From: Octopus sinensis
Lineage: Eukaryota
DNA: 64,000 nucleotides
Reading direction: 5' to 3'
Assembly: GCF_006345805.1 (NCBI RefSeq)
Contig: NC_042997.1
Coordinates: 23,002,001-23,066,000, forward strand
Every line of letters starts with the position of its first letter. The first letter of the stretch is position 1. Below are positions 50,497 through 61,792 of the stretch, in pieces. The position numbers and the translations under genes were made by a program. Under the pieces are notes generated by a model. That model saw nothing but the letters and a program-made list of their open reading frames with translations. It ran no database searches and was not told the DNA's origin.

Positions 50497-51840
50497 CTAG
50501 CAGTATCGCCCGGCGTTGCTCGGGTTTGTAAGGGAAATAACTATATAAGCATTTTTAGAGAGTTATAGCCAAAAGATAGCAAAAAAATGCATTAAAAATT
50601 GAAAAAAAATTAGGTAAATTTTTCTTTAAATCGTTGACACATCGTAGATATTTTTAGAGAGTTACTTCCCTTATATAAAAGCGAAAAAAATGCATTAAAA
50701 TGGAAAAATATGATCGTAATTTTTTTTTAAATCGTAGACTCATCGTAGACGCGCGCTAATACCCTGAAGGGCTCGTTTGTTATTCTGGGTAACTTTCTGT
50801 AAAATTATTAAAATTTTGTTCAAACATCGCTATAGAAAATGGGTTATTAGCTAATATTCAATTGGGTATACAACAAAATTTTACGATAGAATTTGTTATT
50901 CTGGGTAACATTCTGTAAAATTATTAAAATTTTGTTCAAACATCGCTATAGAAAATGGGTTATTAGCTAATATTCAATTGGGTATACAACAAAATTTTAC
51001 GATAGAATTTGTTATTCTGGGTAACATTCTGTAAAATTATTAAAATTTTGTTCAAACATCGCTATAGAAAATGGGTTATTAGCTAATATTCAATTGGGTA
51101 TACAACAAAATTTTACGATAGAATTTGTTATTCTGGGTAACTTTCTGATACCCATAATAATATTTATGGTAAAATAGGCCTTAATTTCATTTAAGGTTGT
51201 GGGAAATAACAAACTATCGTTTCTTTCGTTTTGTTTACGTTTAGCGTAACAGTTCGTTTCTGCCGTAATGATTTCAAATGGGCTCATTCGAAAAAGTAAA
51301 TAGAAATAGCCTAAGGCTTTACCCTTCTGGGAAAGTCTGTGGCTTGGTGCAGTTTCTTCAGAAAAATCACCGAAAGAAACAGTTTTTAAATTTTCACTCC
51401 ATTCAGGTGCTAATTCGTGTTCTTAATCGCTGTCGGATTCACTGTTTTCACTTTAATAGCTGCCAACTTGCAAAGACAAAGGAGGAGAAAGGTGATAGCG
51501 TCAGTGAAACAATTCGCTCCCTTTGTGTGTGTGTGCGTTTGCGTGTGGTGTAAACCAGACTAAGAAAAGCGTTTGACACACACACCAGAATGTGAGTTTT
51601 CTGTAAATTTTGCTTAATTGGAGTTTAAATTTTAAAAACTGGACCTGGCATGACGCGATGCATTGTACTCTTAAAATTGCTAGGTAAATTGTAATTGAAG
51701 AAATCCTATATTGTAGATTTCTATAACTCCCAAAGGGAGGCAAAAATTGCTAGGTAAATTGTAATTGAAGAAATCCTATATTGTAGATTTCTATAACTCC
51801 CAAAGGGAGGCAGATAAAATCTGCCTTTTATAATAAGAGA
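50497..51840 (-). mobile_element. Young non-autonomous Helitron, 1344 bp, with internal tandem arrays
   Basis: Minus strand A|TCTCTTATTA start; cccgagcaacgccggg hairpin then CTAG|T; 116-bp unit x3.2 (50776-51148); 70-bp unit x2 (51673-51812). Confidence 0.9.
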
Positions 51841-52808
51841 TAAACACTGCTTTGCAAATATTGAATTGATTCAGCCTTCAAACTAGCAAAAGGATTGATA
51901 ATCCACTCACATCATTTTCCATTCATGATATACTAGCCTAGATTTGTACAACCATTGTTTGCATTAGTGATATATTGGTGTCTTTACAGTCAGTGGAATT
52001 TTACATTATTCTGTAAATGGTACCCAAAGCAAAAAGGCTTATAGTTTATTGCAGTGCATTAAATTTCTTTCATAATGGTGATATTAAGATTCATATATGG
52101 GGATGATATAAGAATTCATATACATGTATGATATATATATTATTTTAGTCCAGTTAACTGAATTACATAATCTTGTTGGGAGTGGGTTTGAAGGGCCACA
52201 TATCTTATGAAGAAAAGTGAAATTGTTGTAATCTGAAAAGGAGAGGAAAGAAGAGATACAATTACAAAATGAATGGATAATGTGTCACACATTAATGGAA
52301 TGTTTTTCAGTAATAAACTTGAATTATATCTTAGAATATTAAAAACATAAAATATAGGCATTGTCTTCTGAGTCAACAAAATTTGTGATTGACATATTTC
52401 ATAATTAATTCCTTACTAGTGTGATATTTTCAAGTTGTGAACATTCCTTATGAGGACACAAAAGTTAAGTTTCCTTTTATATATGTTAGCTGAAAGGATT
52501 AGAGAAATTTTGAAACTTAAAAAAGTTTTATTTTCAAGAAACATTTTTGTATTACTACTTTATAGTAAATTGGTAGAGAATCATGAAATGAAGGATTTGG
52601 TTCTAATTTTGTTATAATTTTGGAGAGCTAAGAACGAGATAATGAATCTAACAAAGTGAAAAGGAATGTGCTCTTTCAGAAAATGCTGGTATGAAAGAAA
52701 ACATTGGTGATGAATGATGATGTAATTAATGTAACAGTCATTTAAATATCTGGTTGTTATATATCAGCTATTAAATATCTACTCTACCTGGTTTTCCATA
52801 TATTTTAG

Positions 52809-52916
52809 ACATGGATTGTCCTTGGCAGCAAAAATCGTGCTACAGCTTCCACTGGAATGAATGATAAAAGTAGTCGATCACATTCTATTTTTACAATGGT
52901 TCTTACCCAAACAAAG
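52809..52916 (+). CDS. KIF14: KIF14 exon 6 (switch I)
   Basis: tag|...|gtaata; TWIVLGSKNRATASTGMNDKSSRSHSIFTMVLTQTK; GMNDKSSRSH matches KIF14. Confidence 0.97.
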
Positions 52917-53436
52917 GTAATATATAGATATTCTGCATTTTCTTGCAAATATTGAAGTTTAACTTGTATTTATAAATTCAATGATTATTTTTCTTTTATA
53001 TTTTACAAATGATTTTTCCCTACAACCATTGGCTTACTTGTTGCTGCAGATATCATCTGTTGGCTTTACAGTTTTATTTTCTACTTAATTGAATGACCAC
53101 TAATCATTCCTTATCAAACAAATCATATAGAAGCATCAAGCTTAACATGAATTATTTGTCCATGAACTCAGTATCAGATATGATATAGGTTAGGATGAAT
53201 ACCTCATTGATATCTAATTAATCCTAACTGAAAAATTAGTTTATCATTATCTTCAGTGCTAATTTGCTATTGTTTTGAAGTTGTTAATTATAGAGGTGAT
53301 CCCATTAAGCAGCATTCTGGGTAAGGGTTTTCTACTTTAGCATTTGGTTGACTAAAGCCTAGCAAGTAAAATTTCGGAGACAGAAAATGAGGGGAAACCC
53401 ATTGAAGGGATATAATCAGTTGATCACTTTAATACC

Positions 53437-53669
53437 TATTTCTTTACTACCCACAAGGGGCTAAACACAGAAGGGACAAACAAGGACAGACAAACGGATT
53501 ACGTCGATTATATCGACCCCAGTGCGTAACTGGTACTTATTTAATCGACCCCAAAAGGATGAAAGGCAAAGTCGACCTCGGCGGAATTTGAACTCAGAAC
53601 GTTACGGCAGAAGAAATACCGGTAGGCATTTCGCCCGGCGTGCTAACATTTCTGCCAGCTCGCCGCCTT
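53437..53669 (-). mobile_element. Young tRNA-derived SINE, 14-bp TSD
   Basis: TSD atcactttaatacc at 53423-53436 and 53670-53683. Confidence 0.93.
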
Positions 53670-54145
53670 ATCACTTTAATACCATCATCTTGAGTGCTTT
53701 TAATGGAATCCACTCTGTTGCAAAAATTCAAGCCAGGTCTTTGATTAAAGAATAATTTCCTTCTTCCCAGCCCCAATCTTGTCTGACTGCTGCAGTGGCA
53801 TAGCATTGTGTTTTGGTTGCTCTGTGTAGTAACCAGATTGGTTGTCACTCTCCTTAAATGAAACATACTTGAAACTATAGCAATTTCTCCTCCCCCACCT
53901 CAAAGTGACTTCCCTCTGCTGTTCACACCCCATATTACACCACTAGGTTGCCAAGAAAATAAGATTGAACTGAATCTTCACTAAGTCATCATCTTGCCTT
54001 AAAATTTGCTGTTTACATTTCTTCATCATCATCATTATCATCATGTGAATATTTTTTTATATCACTCTCTCATAATCTTTTTTATTATTTTGTTTATTTT
54101 CTCCATTTTTTTTCTACACATCATTTTGTCAAATTTGGATTGTAG

Positions 54146-54262
54146 TTTGAAGATTTAAATGGTGAGAAGCATGAACATTCCATTTCAAGTAGAATAAACT
54201 TGATTGATTTGGCTGGCAGTGAAAGGCAATCGACATCACAGTCTTCTGGGGAGAGACTCCGT
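54146..54262 (+). CDS. KIF14: KIF14 exon 7 (switch II)
   Basis: tag|...|gtaagt; FEDLNGEKHEHSISSRINLIDLAGSERQSTSQSSGERLR. Confidence 0.97.
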
Positions 54263-54954
54263 GTAAGTAAATTACACAATTCACTTTTTTTAGATATTTT
54301 ATAAAAAAGCTAAACTTATTAATAATATTTAAAATGAGTATTAAAAATTAATGCTTATTATTTCTGTGTGTATGTTTTGATTTCCAACATCTGCTTCACA
54401 CATTCCTGTTGAGATTGTGATTTCCAATCAGATACATTTTATTAATTATTATTGCATTGAGTTGGGCTATATATTTTCAAAAATGTTATAAGTATCTTCT
54501 GTTGTGTCTGGGGAGAGTCATTTTCTTTTTGTGCCTTATTATTTAACACACTCACCTGTAAAATTTCCACTTTTTTCTTATTTTTATTGTCCTAAAATTT
54601 TCGTTGCGTCTTGCAACCTTTTCAATAGTTTTGACTCTCAATAGTTTTGCTTCAACACACGAACTCATATAAAGAATCTTGCAAACCAAATCCAAAAACG
54701 AGTTATAAGTATCATTTTCCCATTATTAATCAAATGATTTTGTTGAATATTTTGCTTTCTTAATTAATACTGTCTTAAGTCTATAACCTAAACCCAATCA
54801 TTTTGAATAAAATAAGCAATAAGAAGATTTGGACTGAAAGTAAGAGAACAAGTGGTTTAACCTCTGAAACTGTTTTTTTGACTGAAACAAAGTCTAACTG
54901 TATAATGTGTTCATGATATGAAATTTGTAGCAGATAGAATATATTTTAATAGTC

Positions 54955-55315
54955 AGGAATATGGGTTGGACAGTTTGATAGGAGCTGGCCAGGCAGGAGC
55001 CTGCACCAAACTTCTGTGTCTGGTTTTACAGCTGGTTGGTGCTAGGAAGGGCATCCAACTGAAAAAAAGCCATACCAAAACAGATGCAGAAGTCTGGTGC
55101 AGTCCTCTAGCTTACCAGCTCTTGTCAAATCGTCCAACCCATGCCAGCATGGAAAGCAGACGTTAAACGATGATGACATTTATTTTTATATTTTGAGATG
55201 GTCATTTTTTTTTTGTTAAATAAACACATGCACCATATATTCATTCTTCACTTCACCTTTATTATTGTTTTTGTTTTAGTAGAACAAATATATAGTGCAT
55301 GTATTCATTTGGCCA

Positions 55316-55348
<33 letters not shown>

Positions 55349-56410
55349 ATGATTATCCCAAAATATAACAATATCTGTTTCAACACAATTTTACATCAGG
55401 AATCTTGTATAACAAATACAAAAATGTAACTATAACATTTACAATTCATCATCTTCGTTTAACATCCGTTTTCCATGTTGGCATGAGTTGGGCGGTTTGA
55501 CTGAGGTCTGGAGAGCCAGAAAGCTGCATCAGGCTCCAATCTGATCTGGCAATGTTTCTACAGCTGGATTCCCTTCCTAATGCCAACCACTCTGAGAGTG
55601 TAGTGGGTGCTTTTTATGTTCCACCAGCACAGGAGCCAGTCAGACAGGCCTAGCATCAATTGTATTTGGATAGTGCTTTTTATGTGCCACTGGCATGGGG
55701 GCTAGTTAGGGGGTACTGGCATCGGTCACTTTCAGTTGGTGCATTTTACGTGCCACTGGCACGAGAGCCAGTTAGTGGGAACTGGCCACAGCTACGATAT
55801 TGGTTTTACTTTACTCAGCAGGTCTTCTCAAGCATACCATATCGCATGACGCATCAGGGGTACTCTTAACTAGGTCAGACGTGTGGCTGCGATCTCACTT
55901 TAATTGCTGGGTCTTCTCAATCACAGCATATCTCCAAAGGTCTCAGTCTCCTGTCATTGCCTCTGTGAGGCCCAATGTTTGGATGTCATGCTTCACCACC
56001 TCATCCCATGTCTTCCTGGGTCTATCTCTTCCACAGGTTCCTTCCACAATTAAGGAGTGGCACTTCCTCACACAGCTGTCCACATCCATAAATAATACAT
56101 GACCATACCAGTGCAGTTGTCTCTCTTGCACACCACATTTGATGTTTATACCCAACTTTTCTCTCCAGGCACTTATACTCTGTCGTATATGCACACTGAC
56201 ATTACACATCCAGCGGATCATTCTAGCTTCATTTTTTTCAAGCCTACACATGTCCTCAGCAGTCATGGCCCATGTTTCACTGCCGTGTAGCATGGCAGTT
56301 TGCACATATGCATCATACGGTCTACCTTTCATCCTGAGCAAGAGGCCCTTAGTTGCTGCTACACTCTCAGAGCAACTACTCCCATTACAGACTGGGTTGC
56401 CTAGGTAGCA
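54955..56410. mobile_element. RTE cluster: plus tail (54955-55176), MITE piece, minus RTE 3' end (55445-56410)
   Basis: GRPRKTWDEVVKHDIQTLGLTEAMT; AMLHGSETW. Confidence 0.85.
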
Positions 56411-56649
56411 GGAGCTATTAATTATTAAAACATTTTTCCTTGCGACAGAGGAATTTTGTGATATATCATCATCATCATCGTTTAACGTCCGCTTTCCATA
56501 TTTGTCATATTTGTACATATTTGTCAAATTGCTCTTTGTTATTACAATTTAAACTTGTTTTGTTAAATTTATGTCTACATATGATTTCTATAAGAAATTA
56601 ATGCAATGAGTAAATTGCACCTGGTACCATTTCTACATTTCTACTCAAG

Positions 56650-57140
56650 AGAATACCCTCCATCAGGCATTTGCCATATTCTGAACGCCTTGCTTCCCTG
56701 GGCATGGACACATTGAAACTCCGACATCTGGCAGCTGACTTGGCAGACACCCATAAAATTATTAACCATCTTACAATCAATAACTCTGAGCACCTTTTCA
56801 AACTCCACCTGTCTAACACCCGTGGACATGTTTACAAAGTCAGAAAACAGCACAGCTCCCATGACTTTCGGAAACATTTTTCACGCTAAGAGTTGCTGAA
56901 GCATGAAACAGACTGCCGGCATCAGTTGTTAATTATCGGAGCACTGCATCTTTCAAAACTTCCATGCTTCCTGAGATTCGCCAACACTACACCTGATTTT
57001 CCCCCCCTCCTTAAACACACAAGCATGTATCTGACTCATACACTGTTCGTTTCCAGACATTTGTACATTACTGCATATACTTTATACGCACTTTTGACAA
57101 GTTGTGGTGCACCTGAGCACTGTATACAATAATTTCATTA
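56650..57140 (+). mobile_element. CR1-clade LINE 3' fragment
   Basis: PYSERLASLGMDTLKLR...NTRGHVYKVRKQHSSHDFRKHF; same family as 27218-27755. Confidence 0.9.
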
Positions 57141-57220
57141 TATATTATATATATATTATATATTTAAATTTTAATACCTAAAACATGATTTTTTAATAAA
57201 TACTTTTGTTTTTATTGCAG

Positions 57221-57348
57221 GAAGGTATTAATATCAACAAATCATTGATGACACTTGGTAAAGTTATTTGTTTACTTTCTGAGGTATCTTCTAACGCAAG
57301 CAAGAAGAAAAAGGTCTTCATCCCATACAGAGATTCTGTATTAACCTG
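57221..57348 (+). CDS. KIF14: KIF14 exon 8
   Basis: cag|...|gtaact; [42 protein letters not shown] + tg (phase 2, Trp codon split). Confidence 0.97.
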
Positions 57349-57469
57349 GTAACTAATTTGTCTTATTTTAAATGTTAACATAAACTTTTACATTTTTCTT
57401 TAAAAACTAAGGAAGAATATTTGTAAACGCATTAAAACATGTGTGCATGCAGGGGTATAGACTTAAACA

Positions 57470-58830
57470 ACATGTCTTTAGGGCCTCATCTTTACTTAGA
57501 CAGATGGGTTTTCTCAAGCGTAGCAAATTGCCAGTCATATCAATCCTTTGTCATATCCTCTGTTAAATTCAACATCCAGATGTAGTTCTTCATCATTTTC
57601 TCATGTTTTCCTAGGTCTCGCTCTTCCACAGATTCCATCCACTTCTTTATGCAGCTGTCCTCATCCATATGCATCTCATGATCATACCAGCACATTCTTC
57701 TTGCTCAATATGGTACCTCTTATGCTCAATTTTCTGATACCTCTTATGCTTGATTTTCTGACACCTCTTATGCCAAATTTTTCTCTCAATACATTTGCAC
57801 TTTGTCTTGCATGTATACTGATGTTGCACATCTAGCAAAAAATGTTAGCTTCATTTCTTTCTTGTCTTCACATGTCTTTGCATTCATATCCCACATTTCA
57901 CTACCATGTAGCACTGCTGTACATACACAGACATCATACAATCTGTCTTCCATTCAGAGAGATATAGACTTTTTTTTTTGCCAACAGTGATAATATCTCT
58001 TAACTTTTTTCATCCTATTCTTATCCTAGCAACTCTCCCTCAGTTAATTAGATCACCTAGGTAGCAATAACAACTACCTCTAAGTAAGGTAGAATGTACT
58101 AGGGTGCTATCAGTAAGGTAAAAGGTAGCTGTCTAAAAGTTAAGTATTGCTAGTACAAAAGCCTATTTTCTTTGGGGTGTATTATTATATCTTTTATTCA
58201 TATTAGAATTATACAGCAATTCTACATGGTAGTGAGACGTGGGGCCTGAATGCAGAGGACATGCAAAGGCTAGAGAGGAACGAGGCTAGTGTGGTCCGCC
58301 ATATGTGTAATATAAGTGTATTTGTTCAATAGTGTGCTAGTGTTTTGAGAGAGAAGTTAGGTATAAGAAGAATTAGATGCTGTGTTCAAGAGAGGAGTGC
58401 ACTGGTATGGTCATGTGATGCAGATGGATATTGACAGCTCCATAGAGAAGTGCTGATCTCTCAAAGGAGATGGAACATGTAGAAGTGGGAGACACAAGAA
58501 TACATGGGATGAAGTGCTGAAGGATGACCTCAGGATGCTCAACCTTTCAGATGAAATGACAGAGATGCCTGGCACTGTCCTCCACAGCAGAAGTGTTAAG
58601 GCTGTTCCTCCTGGTGAAGACAATTGGCTTGCAAGAGTCCTGTACCAGTGCCATGTAAAAGCACCTAGCATGTTCAGTATAGTAGTTGGTGTTAAAAAGG
58701 GTATCCAGCCATAAAAACCATGCCAAATCAGACTGGAGCTTGGTGCAGTTCTCCAGTTTGCCAGCTCAGATCAAACTGTCTGACCCATGCTAGCATGGAC
58801 AACAGATGTTAAATAATGATGATGATGAAT
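57470..58830. mobile_element. Two decayed RTE 3' fragments (minus 57470-58070, plus 58170-58830)
   Basis: ILHGSETW-like and WDEVLKDDLRML motifs; (GAT)n at about 58820. Confidence 0.75.
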
Positions 58831-58928
58831 TATAATTGTTATTCTTACTCAATATAACACTCCAACTGTTTTTTTTTCTGTACATTATTTACATTTGACG
58901 GATATTTGTCCTCATCTTGTTTGTTGTT

Positions 58929-58974
58929 AACACAATGTTTCGGCTGATATACCCTCCAGCCTTCATCAGGTGTC
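58929..58974 (-). ncRNA. Minimal type I hammerhead ribozyme motif in the pLTR
   Basis: GACAC CUGAUGA A GGCUG-loop-CAGCC GAAAC AUU GUGUU; stems I and II intact, helix III has A where G is expected. Confidence 0.75.
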
Positions 58975-59046
58975 TTGGGGAAATTTCAAACCTGGGTTCT
59001 CATTCCTAAGGTATTTTTTGTCGTCATCACCACTGCCACTGTTCAA

Positions 59047-59111
59047 GTCACTGCCTGGAGTCAAACTCGGAATCTTAGGGTTAGTAGCCCATGCTCTTAA
59101 CCACTATGCCA
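59047..59111 (-). other. tRNA-like Pol III promoter head within the Penelope 3' region
   Basis: Minus strand TGGCATAGTGG (A box) ...GAGTTTGACTCC (B box-like), just upstream of the pLTR and hammerhead. Confidence 0.6.
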
Positions 59112-59779
59112 TATACCTTTGGGCAATTATGGAGTGAATTTTAGTGCTTATAATTCTAATATTTTCCTATCCTTCCTTAATACCGGTTCCCATATGCTAT
59201 TCATATCTGCACTCGGTCTGCTTAGGAGGTTGTTGTGTCCTAGCATATGTGCTGCTTCTTTTAGTTTTCGTATTTTCCAATGGTGCTCTCTGTCTATTAT
59301 TTTAACTTCATCCCACAGGGGAAGGTGGTCTCCATTTTTCCATACATGATCAGCTATACCTGATTTATCAATACCTCCTCATGTCACAGCTTTGCGATGT
59401 TCGTCTATCATTATTTTTAGTGGACGGCATGTTTCGCCTTTGTATAATCTACCACAGCTGCATGGGATGGAGTACGGGTCAGATTTTGGTCATATTCTCT
59501 TCTATTGGTGGTTTTATCCGAAGAAGATATTTGCAAAGTGTTGTATTATTCTTGAATACTGTCCTGAAGTCATATGGGCCGCATATCTTCTGTATCTTTT
59601 CAGAGAGGCCTTTCACATAGGGTAGACAGACTGTGGACAGTTTATTGGTTTCATCCTCTCTTTTCTTCATACTATCCAAGATTAATAATAATAATAATAA
59701 TAATAACAATAATAATGATGATGATGATAACATCGAAAAATACCTTAAGAATGAGAACCCAGGTTCGAAATTTCCCCAA

Positions 59780-59825
59780 GACACCTGATAAAGGCTGGAG
59801 GGTATATCAGCCAAAACATTGTGTT
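59780..59825 (+). ncRNA. Hammerhead motif, mutated copy (sense to KIF14)
   Basis: GACAC CUGAUaA A GGCUG...CAGCC aAAAC AUU GUGUU. Confidence 0.65.
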
Positions 59826-59973
59826 AACAACAAACAAGATGAGGACAAATATCCGTCAAATGTAAACAATTTACATAATTCCTCATCTCTTAAATATAGA
59901 ACTGTATTAGATTATAATGGAATTGAAGGTTTAGATACCTGTGGAGTATCTCCTTCTCGCATTATAATTATTT

Positions 59974-60973
59974 TGTAGTTTCAAGGAGCTGGAATGGGTC
60001 GCCGATTTGTGACATCCGTGCGAAGCAAGGTGATGAGAATGGCTCCTTAGTACATCACACAGTCAATACAATAAATATAAATAGAACAACGCATATATGT
60101 GTCAGAGGGAAATAAGAGACACAACCAGGTAGAATGTTTAAGAGAAGATTTATTGATATGTTAACATGTGTGATTGTGTGTGTGTCGTATATACAGAATA
60201 ATAGACAGGCCATCATAAGAACAAGATGTATGCGTGTGTATGTAGGCATAGATGTATGCATGTTAAGAATATACAAGGATGGCGATGAAGAAGAAACAGT
60301 GAAAGAGTCTATAGCCATCGAAGTGAGGAGTAAGTTCATAGATGCAAGAATGGTGAACACCAGTTCGTAGTCAATTGTACACAGTAGTTGAAATACTGTA
60401 TCAAGAAGTTGTGGCGATAGTGCAGAGTCAGTTGCGGTATATGTCGTATGTGAAGTTGTGGCTGTGATGCTGCTGACTGGGTCACTTGGTACAGGAGTTC
60501 TCGCAGGTTGTATATTCATTGTTGATCCATGGTAAAGTAGTTCATGAACAGTGCAGTGTTGTAACCTGGGTGAGTTGTGTACGTAGAGAGATGTTAACTT
60601 TAGGACAAATGGTGGCGGCAGAGATGGAGGTCGCTGAATGCTGTTGGACGAAGTTGAGGAGTCTCCATGTGGCTGCTGTTGTGTTGTCACTGGAATTGGC
60701 AGTGTCTTGTGTGGTCAGTGGCCAGTCCTTAAAAGGTCTGGAACTGAATGACCTCGAGACAAGGAAAAGTTAAGTTTTTTATAAGGAGTTGTAGGCTCAG
60801 CTGAGGTAGAAAAACAGGCTATCACACGTGACCTTATTTGAAGGCTGCGATTGGTTGGGTTGCATATTAGCGTGCGATAGAGCAAGAGACAAATTGAGCC
60901 AATACCAACCAATCAGAGTAGTGGACACAACAGTGTCCAAAATGCGGCCGAAGGCTAGCTGTTATCTACTACG
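59974..60973 (-). mobile_element. Probable solo LTR (about 1 kb)
   Basis: TGTAGT...ACTACG termini (5/6 inverted match); minus-strand CCAAT at 60850-60854, TATAAAA at 60777-60783, AATAAA near 60149-60154; no clean TSD. Confidence 0.5.
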
Positions 60974-61553
60974 TTTGTATGTATATATAATAGAGAGGAG
61001 AGGAATTTCACTCAAATATACACTACAAGCTAATTAATTACTATAGAAAAAAGCATTAATCTTCAGATTTAAATGGTATATAAGAGAAATTTTAGATTTT
61101 TATGTGTTAGAAAAATTCAAATATTTGTAATTTAATTTTTGGTAGTCATTTTCACTTCTTTTTTTCTTTCAACTTTAATTTTTTCATGAAGATAATTAAA
61201 AATACCTTTAAAAATGTTTGTCAGGTCAGTCATTTCATTAAAGAAAAAAGACCATCTATTGTGCTTTTCTTTTGTAATTATTTTCATACAGATACTCATA
61301 GTTTTAACAATTTAATTTCTTTATAATAATTTCAAATTTGTTTTCATAGCAAGACCAACTTTCCCAATTTTAAATCATTTTTGGCAAAAACGAAGACATA
61401 TATTATTAAAAATAATTTCACTGACCCCTTCTCCTTTACCAGAATCCCATACAGTCATGAGCTTTGTAATTCCTTTTCCTATTGATGTTAAAATTTTTAA
61501 AATAAGTCAAAATGTCTTTATCACTAATGAATTCCATATAATTATTCCCAGAG

Positions 61554-61653
61554 ACTATTAAAAGAAAATTTGGGTGGGAATTCTCATACAACAATGCTTG
61601 CTACCATAAGCCCGGCAAGTATTCATTAGGATGAACTTTTATTATACTGTCAG
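61554..61653 (+). pseudogene. KIF14: Degenerate tandem duplicate of KIF14 exon 9 (exon 9A; relic or poison exon)
   Basis: [26 protein letters not shown]; 59/72 nt identical to exon 9 over the first 24 codons; acceptor cccagag|, donor-like ATATCATT at 61654; TGA formed at the exon 8 junction, TAG 61627-61629, 100 nt vs 99 nt. Confidence 0.9.
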
Positions 61654-61693
61654 ATATCATTTTAGTGTCACTGAGCATATTTTCTTTCCAAAG

Positions 61694-61792
61694 GTTGTTA
61701 AAAGAAAGTCTTGGTGGGAATTCTCGAACAGCAATGCTTGCTACCATCAGCCCTGCTAATATTCACTGTGAAGAGACTCTAAGTACTCTCAG
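61694..61792 (+). CDS. KIF14: KIF14 exon 9 (9B), ending at a U12 donor
   Basis: aag|; (W)[32 protein letters not shown] + ag, followed by ATATCCTTTT instead of GT. Confidence 0.95.

Larger units (their letters stand above)
58879..59905 (-). mobile_element. Penelope-like element, 5'-truncated, with inverted pseudo-LTR
   Basis: Minus strand LPYVKGLSEKI..., YSIPCSCGRLYKGET, SGIADHVW...REHHWKIRKLKEAAHM (GIY-YIG endonuclease), stop at 59148-59150; about 140-bp inverted repeat 58879-59018 / 59736-59875. Confidence 0.92.

Noticed and set aside
61552-61553. Rescue of exon 9A by the alternative acceptor or by A-to-I editing alone
   Set aside because: The upstream cag gives TGA then TAA. Editing could convert both stops to Trp in principle, but the +1 length would still shift the frame.
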